Positions 13,304 to 24,626 are shown, counted from the stretch's first letter. The stretch: DNA of 64,000 bases from Gloeobacterales cyanobacterium (GCA_038245785.1 JBBRSB010000011.1:1-64000); one strand, 5' to 3'. The notes: generated by a model from the letters alone, not told the origin. A program made the numbers and translations.

Positions 13304-13738
13304 CTATTTCTCCAGTGTTTGAGAGGCACGACGGGTACTGCGCACCCGCTCTCCCTCATTGCCTAAACCTTCTTTGAGACGCTGAAAATTGACTTTTGCC
13401 TCTTCAAATCCCAAAAGGGAGCCTTTACTGCCTAGGTCCCAAGAGGCGGAAAGACCACCGTAGGTTATGCCTAAGACGCCCAATCCCAAAAGTCCCATGC
13501 TTACCAAAACCACAGCCACATTCGGTAGTTGCACCCCACCATATTTAATCAACGCATAGGCGCTGGGGAAAACAAGAATGCCTAAAAACGTAGGAATACC
13601 TGCAAAGACGAGCATCCGACGTCCCATGCGGTCACTGATTTCCCTGGGTAGGTCGTCTTTACCAAAAATGGGAATTGCAGGCTCAGGGGAGACCGAGGAT
13701 TGTGGAGTAGAAGGAGTTCGTTTACCTTTTTTAGCCAT
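13304..13738 (-). CDS. pam68: PAM68 family photosystem II assembly factor
   Basis: 'ISDRMGRRMLVFAGIPT', two TM helices, 'GITYGGLSASWD...GSLLGFEEAKVNF'. Confidence 0.9.
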   Translation of the reverse strand: MAKKGKRTPSTPQSSVSPEPAIPIFGKDDLPREISDRMGRRMLVFAGIPTFLGILVFPSAYALIKYGGVQLPNVAVVLVSMGLLGLGVLGITYGGLSASWDLGSKGSLLGFEEAKVNFQRLKEGLGNEGERVRSTRRASQTLEK

Positions 13739-13947
13739 AACAATATCGTATATGACTTGTATCTAGACTGTTCCTTAGGTTTTGGAAAAGCATATAAAAA
13801 TTGAGCAAGTTTCCGTGGTACCTTAAGTCGATTCTTAACCTAATTGCTCTTGGTGAATTGGTGAATAGTGATCTATCTGATCAATTTTTTCTTAACCTAG
13901 AGTAAGCCCCCTAAGGCAAATTACGCAGTATAGACTGTGGAGCATTT

Positions 13948-15132
13948 ATGCGTCCCCTCGCCAAACGTGTGGGCCATCTCACCCCCTCATCAACCCTGGC
14001 CATAACGGCGAAAGCAAAAGCCCTCCAAGCACAGGGGGTAGATGTATGTAATTTGGGAGCTGGGGAGCCTGATTTTGACACCCCAGAACATATCAAACGT
14101 GCCGCGCAAGAAGCTCTAGCGCGAGGTGAAACTAAGTATGGTCCAGTCGCTGGGCTGCCGGCCTTACGCGATGCCATTGCCCAAAAGACTTCTCCCCAAT
14201 ACCGAGCGGAGAATGTCCTGGTCACAGCAGGGGGCAAGCATTCTCTCTATAACCTGATGATGGCCCTTTTGGACCTAGGGGATGAGGTCATAATTCCTAC
14301 GCCCTATTGGGTTAGCTATCCAGAAATGGTCAAACTGGCGGGTGGAGTTCCTATCTTTGTAGAGACTCTAGAATCTGAAGGATTCCAGCTCACTCCTGAA
14401 CAATTGGAGGCCGTGATTACCCCACGCACTAAGTTGCTGGTTATAAACTCTCCTTCTAATCCTACGGGTATGGTCTATACGCCGAGGCATCTGGAAGCTT
14501 TGGCCCAAGTAGTCGTGGAGCATGACCTTTGGGTGGTGTCTGATGAAATCTATGGGGCAATTCTCTATGACGGAGCGATTCATCGCAGCATTGGCAGTCT
14601 TGGCCCAGAGATTTTTGCTCGCACTTTGATTAGCAGTGGTTTTAGCAAAGCCTATTCGATGACTGGATGGCGCATGGGATACTTACTCGGCCCCACCTCT
14701 GTTATCCAGGCCGCAGCAGCCATCCAAAGCCATAGCACTTCCAATGTCACAACCTTTGCTCAACACGGAGCACTGGCAGCGATCACAGGCGGCGATGATT
14801 GTATCGCGCCCATGCTTAGAGCTTTTAAACAACGCCGGGACTACCTATATGAGGCCCTCAGTCATCTACCCGGTATTACCTGCCTGAAGCCAGAAGGGGC
14901 TTTTTACCTGTTCCCTAATATTTCTGCCACAGGCATGAGTTCTACTGAATTCACGCTGAGGCTCTTGGAAGAAGCACGCGTAGCCGTAATCCCTGGAGAT
15001 GCCTTTGGCGCAGACCATCATATTCGTATCTCCTATGCGACGGACCTGGAAACCTTGAAGAAATCTGTGGCACGGATGGAACAGTTTCTAGGAGTAGGAC
15101 TGACGAGCTGCACAGAGCTAAAGGCTCGCTGA
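13948..15132 (+). CDS. aspC: PLP-dependent aminotransferase class I/II (aspartate aminotransferase)
   Basis: 'AGEPDFDTP', 'NSPSNPTG', 'SDEIY', 'GFSKAYSMTGWRMGY'. Confidence 0.88.
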   Translation: MRPLAKRVGHLTPSSTLAITAKAKALQAQGVDVCNLGAGEPDFDTPEHIKRAAQEALARGETKYGPVAGLPALRDAIAQKTSPQYRAENVLVTAGGKHSLYNLMMALLDLGDEVIIPTPYWVSYPEMVKLAGGVPIFVETLESEGFQLTPEQLEAVITPRTKLLVINSPSNPTGMVYTPRHLEALAQVVVEHDLWVVSDEIYGAILYDGAIHRSIGSLGPEIFARTLISSGFSKAYSMTGWRMGYLLGPTSVIQAAAAIQSHSTSNVTTFAQHGALAAITGGDDCIAPMLRAFKQRRDYLYEALSHLPGITCLKPEGAFYLFPNISATGMSSTEFTLRLLEEARVAVIPGDAFGADHHIRISYATDLETLKKSVARMEQFLGVGLTSCTELKAR

Positions 15133-15228
15133 AGGTTCTTTAGCTTAATAAAGCTGCACATTGATACAAGGAGCCTACAATATACAAAGAGACGTAACGT
15201 TTCTTAATCTGCCGTCTGCGGAGCCCTC

Positions 15229-16200
15229 ATGGTTTCAGTTGCTAGCTTTTTCGACTTGGTTGAACAAGACCTCAGTCAGCTCACAGAAAATGTAAAGAAC
15301 CTCGTTGGGGCAAAGCATGAAGTCCTTCGCATGGCCGCTGAGTATTTATTTGATGCTGGGGGCAAGCGGATCCGTCCAGCGCTTGTTTTATTAATGGCAC
15401 GGGCAACCACTCTAGACGGTGAGCCTACGGAAAAGCATCGTCGTTTGGCCGAAATAACCGAGATGATTCATACGGCTTCTCTGGTTCATGATGACGTGAT
15501 TGATGTGTCCGATGTGCGTCGGGGAGCAAAGACGGTTAATTCACTGCTCGGCAATAAAGTTGCAGTTCTAGCTGGAGATTTTCTGTTTGCTAAGTCCTCT
15601 ATTTATCTGGCTCGTCTTGGCAGTTTAGAAGTGGTAGAACTCTTGGCTACAGTGATTGACCACTTGGCTGAAGGAGAAATGCTCCAAATCAAGAGTCATT
15701 TTGATAGCTCGTTAGCCTTTGATGAATACATCGAAAAAAGCTTTTACAAAACAGCCTCTTTAATGGCGAATAGCTGTCGTGCAGCGGCGGTGCTGAGTAG
15801 TATGCCAGAAGAGCTGTGTGCAGCGGCTTATAACTATGGCCGTCACTTGGGTATCGCCTTTCAGGTAGTAGATGATCTATTAGATTTCACGAGTTCCACT
15901 GAAACCCTTGGTAAACCAGCCGCGTCTGATTTACGTCAAGGTCATATCACCGCTCCTGTCCTCTATGCACTCCATGAATTTCCAGAATTGGCCACTCTGA
16001 TTCAGAGGGAATTCGCTCAGGATGGCGATATTGAGCAAGCGCTTAGATATGTGGGAAAAAGTCAGGGGCTAATCCGGACAAAAGAGTTAGCAAATCAGCA
16101 CGCAAAACAAGCGATTGCAGCTATTGAAAAGCTTCCTCCAACCATAGCGCGTCAAGCGATGATTGATTTGACAGATTATGTTTTGAAGCGTGTCTCTTAG
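15229..16200 (+). CDS. sds: Solanesyl diphosphate synthase
   Basis: 'GGKRIRP', first and second Asp-rich motifs 'LVHDDVID' and 'FQVVDDLLD', 'RLAEITEMIHTASL'. Confidence 0.9.
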   Translation: MVSVASFFDLVEQDLSQLTENVKNLVGAKHEVLRMAAEYLFDAGGKRIRPALVLLMARATTLDGEPTEKHRRLAEITEMIHTASLVHDDVIDVSDVRRGAKTVNSLLGNKVAVLAGDFLFAKSSIYLARLGSLEVVELLATVIDHLAEGEMLQIKSHFDSSLAFDEYIEKSFYKTASLMANSCRAAAVLSSMPEELCAAAYNYGRHLGIAFQVVDDLLDFTSSTETLGKPAASDLRQGHITAPVLYALHEFPELATLIQREFAQDGDIEQALRYVGKSQGLIRTKELANQHAKQAIAAIEKLPPTIARQAMIDLTDYVLKRVS

Positions 16201-16266
16201 GTCAAGTGCGTGACTGAGATTTAGCGATAATTGTTACGAGCGAAACTCTGTGGCTCCTCTGATGTA

Positions 16267-17010
16267 TCAAACTCCTCCATACCATTCATATCCCAAATCC
16301 ACCCAATATCCAGCTTGAGTCGGAATGGTTGCTAGCAGCATAATTTCTGTTACCCATTTAATTTGTTTGTAACCCAATTTGATCGGTGAAGATAAGCGGA
16401 TAGGGGCACCGTTATCTAAAGGTAATGGCTTCTTATTCTTCTCATAGGCCAAGAGGGTTTGGGGATGGATCGAAGAAGCCATATCCCAGGTTTCATAGTA
16501 ACCATAACTTTGTCCTTGGTCATTTACAAAACCCTGAGCAGATCGGAAAAATAGATACCGAGCATCAGAAGTGGGCTGTGCTTTTTTGAGCACTTCTACA
16601 AGAGGAACGCCACCCCATTGGGTGATGGCAGCCCATCCTTCCACACAGATATGCCGGATGGTGGTGGACTTATAAGGCAAAGCCCGAATATCTTTGAGGC
16701 TTAAATTTAGGGGATTTTTAACCAATCCTTTTACTGTCAAACGGTATTGATCAAAGTCGATCTCAGGGGTATTGTCCTCTGCTGTGTTAATCAACAAGGC
16801 TTCAGGTGCTATTTCATCAGCCCTGAACTCTGGTGCTAATCTCTGAGGGCTGAAAATGAGCTGTTCAAAGGTGCGATTGAAGGGGTCAGACAAGGTGTAA
16901 AGAGTATTTTCAATATTCCCCTGAATCTCCCCTCGGCCACATCCAGCTAAGAGTAAACCCATACCACCAAGGGTCAAAAAATTACGACGGGTTCTAATTA
17001 GGCCTGACAT
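16267..17010 (-). CDS. Molybdopterin-dependent oxidoreductase (sulfite oxidase/MsrP-like), Tat-exported lipoprotein
   Basis: 'TRRNFL' Tat motif and 'LLAGC' lipobox; 'HICVEGW' Mo-ligand Cys; 'GAPIRL..PIKLGYKQIKW'. Start set at ATG 17010. Confidence 0.88.
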   Translation of the reverse strand: MSGLIRTRRNFLTLGGMGLLLAGCGRGEIQGNIENTLYTLSDPFNRTFEQLIFSPQRLAPEFRADEIAPEALLINTAEDNTPEIDFDQYRLTVKGLVKNPLNLSLKDIRALPYKSTTIRHICVEGWAAITQWGGVPLVEVLKKAQPTSDARYLFFRSAQGFVNDQGQSYGYYETWDMASSIHPQTLLAYEKNKKPLPLDNGAPIRLSSPIKLGYKQIKWVTEIMLLATIPTQAGYWVDLGYEWYGGV

Positions 17011-17018
17011 ATAAAAAC

Positions 17019-17627
17019 CTAGGTAAACATGGAACGGACCAATTTCCATTCCCCGACTTTAAGCGCCATGAGAGAGTGTAGGGTCGTTAAAGTAAGGAAG
17101 ATAGGAACAGAGACGAAATGCATGATTCTAAGGGCTTCCCAGCTCCCAAAAAGTCCGACGATCCAGCCGAACTGAACAGGTTTAAACATTCCTAGACCTG
17201 TTAACAGGGCAAGTAAAAGGATGGGAATCATGGACGTATAAACTAGCCGATGAAAAGCATAGTTCTTTCTTTTTTCATTGCTGGATTCACGGATAGCTTT
17301 TAAATCGTTACTTCCTACGTAGCGATTTTTCCAACGCTTCGTGACAAAGATATAGATTCCGTACCACAAGAGATTCAAGCCAAAGAACCACATAAAAAAG
17401 AGATGCCAATGTCTCGCTCCTCCCAACCATCCGCCAAGCAAGATTTCTGAGGGGAAGTGAAAGCCTGCGCGTCCCCCAAAGACAGGATTGGCATTATAAA
17501 TCTGCAAACCACTGCCCATCATCGCGAAGACGCTGATGATATTGACCCAGTGAAAAATCTTGGCAGCCAACGCCTGCTGAAATCCGCTGGGACGTTTTGC
17601 GGCTCTGCCCATGTTTGCAGTAGTCAT
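17019..17627 (-). CDS. Cytochrome b/b6-domain membrane partner of the molybdoenzyme
   Basis: Four TM helices with His ligands ('FHWVN', 'RHWH', 'MHF', 'LHS'); 'SGLQIYNANPVFGG'; directly upstream of the Mo enzyme. Confidence 0.85.
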   Translation of the reverse strand: MTTANMGRAAKRPSGFQQALAAKIFHWVNIISVFAMMGSGLQIYNANPVFGGRAGFHFPSEILLGGWLGGARHWHLFFMWFFGLNLLWYGIYIFVTKRWKNRYVGSNDLKAIRESSNEKRKNYAFHRLVYTSMIPILLLALLTGLGMFKPVQFGWIVGLFGSWEALRIMHFVSVPIFLTLTTLHSLMALKVGEWKLVRSMFT

Positions 17628-17789
17628 AGGGGAGTGCTTCTCTGTCTGTTTTAAAGGGCCTAGTGACTCTCATAATACGCACCCGCATAGTTTTTGGATG
17701 CAGGTCTGTGGAAAGATTGTTACCGCTCTAACCACGGGCACGCGGTAGCATGGCAAGAGTAAAAATGAACGTACTTTGGGAGAGACCTC

Positions 17790-18227
17790 ATGACCTTAGC
17801 TGTTGGCACCAAAGCTCCAACCTTTACAACACAGGACACCAGTGGCAAAATAGTTTCCTTAGAAAACTATGCTGGTAAAAACGTAGTTCTCTACTTTTAT
17901 CCCAAGGATGACACCCCAGGCTGCACCAAGGAAGCCTGTAGCTTTCGAGATAACTACAGCGCTTACCAGACCAAAGACGTTGCTGTTCTTGGAGTCAGCA
18001 TGGATGATGTAGCTTCCCACCAGAAGTTCACCGAGAAGTTCAGCCTTCCCTTCCCTTTGTTGGCTGATACCAACGGAGCCATCGCCAAAGCCTATGGTGT
18101 GGATGGTGGCGGCTATGCCAAGCGCGTTACCTTTGTAATTGATGAAAAGGGCAGCATCGCCAAGGTCTATGACTCTGTGAAAACGGATACCCATGCCAGC
18201 GATATTTTGGCAGACTTGGGGCTGTAG
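17790..18227 (+). CDS. bcp: Peroxiredoxin, BCP/PrxQ type
   Basis: 'LYFYPKDDTPGCTKEACSFRD'. Confidence 0.92.
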   Translation: MTLAVGTKAPTFTTQDTSGKIVSLENYAGKNVVLYFYPKDDTPGCTKEACSFRDNYSAYQTKDVAVLGVSMDDVASHQKFTEKFSLPFPLLADTNGAIAKAYGVDGGGYAKRVTFVIDEKGSIAKVYDSVKTDTHASDILADLGL

Positions 18228-18324
18228 AAGTAGAATAGGGGCCATCTCTAAAGAGCATAGATGTTGTGCGTTGGAAGAGATGACCCTTTATAGTGATCTA
18301 TCTAAGTGAAAAAGGGAATTGACC

Positions 18325-18882
18325 ATGGACGTCATGGAATTTTTTAAAAAAAGTGAAGGCAACTGGTTCTCTCAGCAGACCAGTAACCATATAGCCCTTC
18401 GTCAGCAAGAATCCAAAAAATTAGAGCTTTCTATTACCTGCTACGACCGAGACCATCCCAAGGTACTTGCCGTCTGTGAATTACATAATGTTGATCCTTC
18501 TAGTGTCGCTGGGGGAGCAGAAGTTGCCTGGGATGGAGCCATGGCCTTCAATGCAAAGACCTCTCAAAATATTGTGGTCCTCGTGCCTGTCATTGACCAA
18601 GAGGACGCTCAATCAGGACTGATGCTCCGTGATAAAGGCTATGGCGAAGGAGTCCCTGTCGCAGGTCGTTATCGAATGAACGCTGATGAATCCATGACGC
18701 TGGTTACGAAATATAGCGACACCGAATCAGAAGAACGCCTCTGGTTTGCCAGCTCCAATTTGCGGCTACGCACAGGGAGTGTGAAGCGCTTTGGTGATTT
18801 TAGTATGACGACTTTCTGTTCTGAAATCCGTCGTCTTCCTCCAGAACCTGTCCAGACAGAGAAGGCCGAGCAAGAAGCATAA
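18325..18882 (+). CDS. cpcS: Phycobiliprotein lyase, CpcS/CpeS family
   Basis: 'EFFKKSEGNWFSQ', 'GYGEGVPVAGRY', 'EERLWFAS.NLRLR', 'FCSEIR'. Start ATG 18325 or TTG 18319. Confidence 0.85.
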   Translation: MDVMEFFKKSEGNWFSQQTSNHIALRQQESKKLELSITCYDRDHPKVLAVCELHNVDPSSVAGGAEVAWDGAMAFNAKTSQNIVVLVPVIDQEDAQSGLMLRDKGYGEGVPVAGRYRMNADESMTLVTKYSDTESEERLWFASSNLRLRTGSVKRFGDFSMTTFCSEIRRLPPEPVQTEKAEQEA

Positions 18883-18924
18883 TCGGCCAATTAAGCTCTA
18901 GGAGACACCATCGGATGCTTGAAA

Positions 18925-19410
18925 TCAACGGCAGCCTAGTGACTTGCGGGTATCGACTTTGGTTACAGGATTAACCCCTTTTGCTCTTTTGCAAAGTGCG
19001 CTTACCTCAGAACTGTCGATGATCGCATCGGTGAAGTCTGCTCCTGTGATATCTGAGCCCGTGAAAACGGTACCAGTTGCGGTGGTCAAGCTCAGATTAA
19101 CATTGGTTAGCTTGGCATTGATAAACTTGACGCGGTCAAGCAGAGCCCCACGTAGATTAACATCTGTCAAATCAGATCCCGTCGCATCGGCCCCACTGAG
19201 CACGGACTTGCTCATATCAGCACCTTTCAGTTTCATATTCCGCATCGTCGTTTTGACGAAGCTGCCTCTGATCATCTTTTTCCCTGAAAAGTCTTTGCCT
19301 GTGATGTTCGTGGCATTGTAATTCGCAACATCAGGTTTAAAGACCGTTTGGGCTTGAGCAGGAGCTAACGAAAATAGACACAGAGCCATTCCAAAAATTA
19401 AACCTTTCAC
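18925..19410 (-). CDS. Secreted pentapeptide-repeat protein
   Basis: Signal peptide ending 'AQA', A(D/N)LXX repeats, C-terminal 'LCKRAKGVNPVT...SLGC'. Confidence 0.9.
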   Translation of the reverse strand: MKGLIFGMALCLFSLAPAQAQTVFKPDVANYNATNITGKDFSGKKMIRGSFVKTTMRNMKLKGADMSKSVLSGADATGSDLTDVNLRGALLDRVKFINAKLTNVNLSLTTATGTVFTGSDITGADFTDAIIDSSEVSALCKRAKGVNPVTKVDTRKSLGCR

Positions 19411-19433
19411 CGTTCACTGTGCTCCGTATGTTT

Positions 19434-20006
19434 TTATTTACATCCTAGGGATTTTCGCGTATCTGCCTTCGTTACAGGATTTACTCCTTTAGCTCGTTTG
19501 CAAAATTCCGCCGTTTGAAAAGTATCAAGAACCGCGTTCGTAAAATCCACTCCTGTGATGTCGGTATTCTTGAATAGAGAACCTGTTGCCAAAATATCCC
19601 GCATATCAGCGTTGGTGAGCTTTGCGTTGGTAAAGTTTGCCCGGTCTAATAAAGCTCCACGCAAGTTAGCATTGGTCAGGTCTGAATCTTCTACATTCGT
19701 CCGAGCAAAGATCGCCTTGGTCATGTTGGCACCTTTGAGATTCATCTTGCGCATGTTTGTACGCTTAAACGTGATGCCTTTGAGGTTTTTACCCGAAAAG
19801 TCTTGTTCACTCAAGCTGACACGGTCGTAAAGCTTTTGAATGGGTTGAGATTGTGGTTGAGCCTGAGCTTGCGGAGACAAGATGGCTAAAGTCGTACAGA
19901 GAACAAATACGGAGGCCCAAAATTTCACGGGATAAACTGCTCCATTTAAGAAAGTGAATTTTAAAATCTGTTTATATTTTCCCACGCTAGATGCTCTTAT
20001 TCGCAC
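19434..20006 (-). CDS. Secreted pentapeptide-repeat protein (paralog of the neighbour)
   Basis: Same architecture and near-identical C-terminus. True start probably downstream, at 'VKFWASV'. Confidence 0.88.
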   Translation of the reverse strand: MRIRASSVGKYKQILKFTFLNGAVYPVKFWASVFVLCTTLAILSPQAQAQPQSQPIQKLYDRVSLSEQDFSGKNLKGITFKRTNMRKMNLKGANMTKAIFARTNVEDSDLTNANLRGALLDRANFTNAKLTNADMRDILATGSLFKNTDITGVDFTNAVLDTFQTAEFCKRAKGVNPVTKADTRKSLGCK

Positions 20007-20055
20007 AAAGGCATCAGTAAGACGTGTACAATTGTCCCGTTAGTTAGCTTAACCC

Positions 20056-23000
20056 ATGATCCCTCTGCATCTCCGTATCGAGAATTTCTTGAGCTATCGT
20101 TCCTGTGAGCTAAGCTTCCAGGGATTACATACGGCCTGTATTTGTGGAATCAATGGAGCGGGGAAGTCCTCTTTATTAGAGTCTATGACCTGGGCTCTAT
20201 GGGGCAAGTGTCGAGCCTCTTCAGAGGATGACGTAATTCGCTCTGGCACCGAATCTGCCACCGTAGATATCACCTTTCTCTGCGAAGGGACAGTTTATCG
20301 CGTTTTGCGGAGCCGCCCCAAAAACAAAACAGGAGCCCTAGAGTTTCAAATTAGCGATAGTGAGCATAACTTTCGTTCCATTAGCCAGCGGACCCTCCAA
20401 GGGACCCAGCAGGCAATTGAACAAGTGCTAAAGATGGACTATGACACTTTTATTAATAGTGCTTATCTGCGCCAGGGGAGAGCCGATGAATTTACCCTAA
20501 AAAAGCCTACCGAACGTAAGCGTGTTTTGGCAGAAATTCTCCGTTTAAGTCAGTACGACCAACTAGCCGAACAGTCACGAGAACTAGAAAAAGAATTTAA
20601 ATTGAGCAGTAGTGCGCTCAAAGAAGAGATTGAACAGCTTGAAATAGAGTTAGGTAAGCGCCCCCAGATAGAACAGCGCAAGCTAGAGGTGGATCAGTCC
20701 TTACAGATCGGGCGTGAAAAACAGCAAGAACTGGAGCAGAGGGGAAGCGAATTATCTAAGTTGAAGCATCAGCGGGAAACGTTACTTTCTCAGCAAAAAC
20801 TGGGGCTACAGCAATTGCAGAATCTGTGTACTACCCTAGAGCGGGAAATAGCACAGCACAAACGCCAGCAAGAAAAGGTCAGCCAACACCTCAAAATTCT
20901 AGAACAGGAAGCGCCGATTACAGAAGGATGTACGGTCTATCATAAACTGCAAGAAGAAGACCAAGAACTTTACCATCGCTTTAAAAAACAACAGGACCTT
21001 CTTGAAAAGAAAAGGCATCTTGAAGAAGAAATAGAAAAGGTGCGCAGTGCTATTGCTTTTGAAGTTAGATCCTTGGAAAGCCGGACCGAAGATCTAAAAA
21101 AACAACGGGCAGAATATCAACAAATCTTGAATCAAAAGCCCAAAATTGAAGAGGCTCTGGCTCATCTGGCTGAAGCTAAAGAGAAGCTAAAACGATATGA
21201 TTCTTGCCAATCCCAAGTAGCTCCTCGAATCCGGGAGCGTCAACCGATTGAGCAAAAAATCTATGCTGAACAAACTAAGTTAGAAACACAGGCCAGCCAT
21301 CTCCGCTATGAAGGGCAGAAAATTCAAGGAGAGCTTTCTAAGATCAGTTTTTACCAACGTCAACTGGAACGGGTAACAGAACACATTACAGTTCTACAAA
21401 AAAGACAAGTCTATATACAACGGGTCACGGATAAAGGTCAGGATAGAAAGCTTTTCAAAGAGCAACTAGAATTGCGCAAGAGTCACTGTGAAAGCCAGCT
21501 AAGACAACTAGTGGATAAGAAAAATCTCCTGACTGCGCCGGATGCTCAATGTCCTCTATGCAAACAAGAACTCCATGAAGACCATTTGCTTCTCATCCAG
21601 GAAAGTCATGCCCAAGAAGAGCAGGAACTTCATGATAATTTGCTGGTTCTAACGGACCAACTAAGTGTTGTAAATCATGAAATTCGGGTTCTACGAGAAG
21701 AGTATGGCCTTGTCAAGAAAGAACTGGAAGCCCTAGAACCATCTTTACAGCAGAAAGGAACGTTGGAACAGCAGCTCCAAGCCTTAGAAGAGCGTAACCA
21801 GCAGGCTAAAGAGCTAAAAATTCAGGAAAAAAATCTCCTTATTCAGTTAGAACGCAAAGATTTTGCCCATGAACTGAGAACTCACTTAGCGCATATTGAT
21901 GAGGAACTCCAGCAACTTAACTATAACGAGAAAGATCACGCTCTAGTTCGAGATGAAGTCGAACGCTGGCGATGGGCTGATATTAAAGTTTCCGAGCTGA
22001 ATACAGCTCAAAAACAAATAGAACGGATTGAAACAGAACTTCCTGCGAGTCAGGAAAAATTGGCACAGTTAGAAGCCCAATTAGCGACCAGGACTTATGC
22101 TGAAGAAAGTCAGCAAAGATGGCAAAGACTAAACGCGCAACTCACAGAGCTTGGCTATAACCAAACCTATCATCGCCAAATCCGCCAAGAGCTTCAAGAA
22201 AAACAGCATTGGTTATTAAAACAGCAAGCTCTAGTGCAAAGTAAAGCAGAATTTCCAAAGGACCGAGAACTCCTACTTCAGCATGAAGATGGAATCCTCC
22301 GCTATCAGCAAGAACGAGAAGCACTAGGAAACCAACAGCAAGAACTATCCACCCATCTTGCTCAATTTCCTGACCCCACAGAAGAATGGGTTGCGCTTGA
22401 ACAGAAACTGAGAATGCACCGTGCATCCCAAGAACAATGGATCTCCGAGCGAGGAGCCCTAGAGCAATCCATCAGGAACTTAGAAGATTTGGCGCAAAAA
22501 ATCATCGTGAAAAAAACTCGTCTCAAACATGACCAGCATCAACAGCGGGTGTATCGTGAACTGGCTAAAGCCTTCGGTAAAGATGGGATTCAGGCCCTCA
22601 TTATCGAGAATGTACTTCCCGAATTGGAAGAAGAAACTAACCGACTTTTATCCCGCCTGACCGATAGTCAACTTCACGTGCAATTTGTTACCCAGAAAGC
22701 CGCTAAAACTATGAAGAAGATGATCGATACGCTGGATATCTTGATCGCTGATGCCCGTGGCACCCGTCCCTATGAAACCTATTCGGGGGGAGAAGCCTTC
22801 CGGATTAACTTTGCCATTCGTTTAGCCCTTTCTCGGCTACTCGCCCGTCGAGCAGGAGCAGCCCTCCAAACCTTAATTATTGACGAGGGATTTGGAACCC
22901 AAGATAGCGAAGGACGAGAACGTTTAGTGGGCGCTATCAATACGGTCGCTCGAGATTTTGCTTGTATTTTGGTCATTACGCATATTGCTGACCTGAAAGA

Positions 23001-23067
23001 AGCATTTCAGTCCAGAATTGAAGTTCTTAAAACAGACCAAGGTTCTCAATTGAGTGTGATACTATAA
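20056..23067 (+). CDS. sbcC: SbcC/Rad50 SMC-family ATPase
   Basis: Walker A 'GINGAGKSS', long coiled coil with 'CPLC' zinc hook, signature 'YSGGE', 'IIDEGFG'. Confidence 0.93.
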   Translation: MIPLHLRIENFLSYRSCELSFQGLHTACICGINGAGKSSLLESMTWALWGKCRASSEDDVIRSGTESATVDITFLCEGTVYRVLRSRPKNKTGALEFQISDSEHNFRSISQRTLQGTQQAIEQVLKMDYDTFINSAYLRQGRADEFTLKKPTERKRVLAEILRLSQYDQLAEQSRELEKEFKLSSSALKEEIEQLEIELGKRPQIEQRKLEVDQSLQIGREKQQELEQRGSELSKLKHQRETLLSQQKLGLQQLQNLCTTLEREIAQHKRQQEKVSQHLKILEQEAPITEGCTVYHKLQEEDQELYHRFKKQQDLLEKKRHLEEEIEKVRSAIAFEVRSLESRTEDLKKQRAEYQQILNQKPKIEEALAHLAEAKEKLKRYDSCQSQVAPRIRERQPIEQKIYAEQTKLETQASHLRYEGQKIQGELSKISFYQRQLERVTEHITVLQKRQVYIQRVTDKGQDRKLFKEQLELRKSHCESQLRQLVDKKNLLTAPDAQCPLCKQELHEDHLLLIQESHAQEEQELHDNLLVLTDQLSVVNHEIRVLREEYGLVKKELEALEPSLQQKGTLEQQLQALEERNQQAKELKIQEKNLLIQLERKDFAHELRTHLAHIDEELQQLNYNEKDHALVRDEVERWRWADIKVSELNTAQKQIERIETELPASQEKLAQLEAQLATRTYAEESQQRWQRLNAQLTELGYNQTYHRQIRQELQEKQHWLLKQQALVQSKAEFPKDRELLLQHEDGILRYQQEREALGNQQQELSTHLAQFPDPTEEWVALEQKLRMHRASQEQWISERGALEQSIRNLEDLAQKIIVKKTRLKHDQHQQRVYRELAKAFGKDGIQALIIENVLPELEEETNRLLSRLTDSQLHVQFVTQKAAKTMKKMIDTLDILIADARGTRPYETYSGGEAFRINFAIRLALSRLLARRAGAALQTLIIDEGFGTQDSEGRERLVGAINTVARDFACILVITHIADLKEAFQSRIEVLKTDQGSQLSVIL

Positions 23068-23101
23068 ATTCGTCTTAGTCTCTAGGCAACCATGTAAGAC
23101 C

Positions 23102-23509
23102 ATGTCAGATAACGCAAAAGACCGCCCCTTGTATGTGATCTCCGTAGCTGCAGAACTGGTTGGAATGCACCCCCAGACCCTTCGCTTATATGACCGTGAA
23201 GGCTTAGTCAGTCCTTATCATCAGCCGGGACAAGGGAAGGGCAAAAGTGGTAGAGAGCGCAAAACCCGGCTCTACTCAGAGCATGATATTGAAAAGTTGA
23301 TTTACATCAAATACCTTACCCAGGAAATGAAGGTGAGTTTGGAAGGAGTTAAGGAAATAACCAAGCTCCAGCGAGAATTAGAAACGCAGCAACTAGAATT
23401 AGACCAGCGCAAGCGAGAACTAGATCAGCAAAAGACCCGCATGCAGATGGAAATTGCTCGTCTCAGAGGTCAGATTTCTACGATGGAAGACCAGATAGAG
23501 CCCGTTTAG
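23102..23509 (+). CDS. hspR: MerR-family regulator, HspR-like
   Basis: '[28 protein letters not shown]' is characteristic of HspR; C-terminal coiled coil. Confidence 0.8.
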   Translation: MSDNAKDRPLYVISVAAELVGMHPQTLRLYDREGLVSPYHQPGQGKGKSGRERKTRLYSEHDIEKLIYIKYLTQEMKVSLEGVKEITKLQRELETQQLELDQRKRELDQQKTRMQMEIARLRGQISTMEDQIEPV

Positions 23510-24414
23510 CGCCATTTTTCTAGATAAGAAGCATACAACTCAGGATCTAACGGAGATGCGCCCTGGATCTGACAGAGTGCTGCAGCAAAATCTAATGCTC
23601 GGCTCAGCGTCGTTTCTAGGGACCACCCCCGATGCAAGCCTAGGATAGTGACGGCACTAAAAGCATCTCCCGCTCCTACGGTATCTGCTATTGCCTCTAA
23701 CACAACCGCTTTGCCACGGTAGGTCTTTTCAGTATTCAGCAACCAGGCCCCTTGTGCCCCCAGCGTAAGAGCGAGTAGCTCCCAGTCCGATTCAAGACAG
23801 AGCTCATGGGCCGTCGTTTCCAAGCTGTTTTCGGAAGGATCCTCTAGCTGAGCTATTACAGCCAACTCATCCCCATTCATCTTGACCCAACGAGCGCCTT
23901 TAAGAAGATTACAGACGGTCTCCATTGCCCACCAGGGAGCGCGTAGATTGAGATCTACAAAGACAGAAGGAATTATCTGACGCAAGGCCTGTATGGCCGT
24001 GTAGGATGCTCCCCGTCCTATCAGGGTGCCGTGGTAAAGTAAAGAGCAACTTTGGCCTTTGAGGACCGCTAGAGCATCATTGGAGTCGAGAAAGTCATAG
24101 GCTTGGTCCGGCAAAATTGTAAAGTGTGGTTGCCCTTCTTCTAGCTCAACACGGACAATGCCCGTTGGGTGTGATGCATCTATCTGTATGCCAGAAGTAT
24201 CCATGTCCCAGATCTGCATGGTGCTGAGGATAGACTCTCCACGAGTGTCTTTTCCAATTCGGCTAATCAATAGGGGAGAAAGCCCAAAGCCCTTCAGATG
24301 CCAGGCGACATTAAAGGGTGCTCCCCCCAGTACTGATATGTCTGGTGGAAATAGATCAAAGAGGACTTCCCCGAGGATTACCGGTCGCCCGCGTAATGGT
24401 TCCATAAATTCCAT
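23506..24414 (-). CDS. PfkB-family carbohydrate kinase (fructokinase-like)
   Basis: 'GEVLFD', '[12 protein letters not shown]', 'DTVGAGDAF'. Confidence 0.9.
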   Translation of the reverse strand: MEFMEPLRGRPVILGEVLFDLFPPDISVLGGAPFNVAWHLKGFGLSPLLISRIGKDTRGESILSTMQIWDMDTSGIQIDASHPTGIVRVELEEGQPHFTILPDQAYDFLDSNDALAVLKGQSCSLLYHGTLIGRGASYTAIQALRQIIPSVFVDLNLRAPWWAMETVCNLLKGARWVKMNGDELAVIAQLEDPSENSLETTAHELCLESDWELLALTLGAQGAWLLNTEKTYRGKAVVLEAIADTVGAGDAFSAVTILGLHRGWSLETTLSRALDFAAALCQIQGASPLDPELYASYLEKWR

Positions 24415-24590
24415 AAGCTGTCCATAAAGTGATCAAGCCACAATGGCAAGAGTGTCTATTCTAAAGAGTGTTCAGGCAGAACAAAATGACCTAATTATCT
24501 ATGAGATCAATAAATTGGGTGTTTTCGCGCACAAAAGTAATACTTTTGTCGTCTATGCTCTGTATAGAACACTTTTTATATCCAAGCGTG

Positions 24591-24626
24591 CTGTACCCAA
24601 CTGTCCAGTCACTGTACCTAACTGTC
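24591..24626. repeat. Phased direct repeat in a divergent intergenic region
   Basis: CTGTACCCAACTGTC (24591-24605) and CTGTACCTAACTGTC (24612-24626): 14/15 identical, 21-bp period. Confidence 0.6.
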
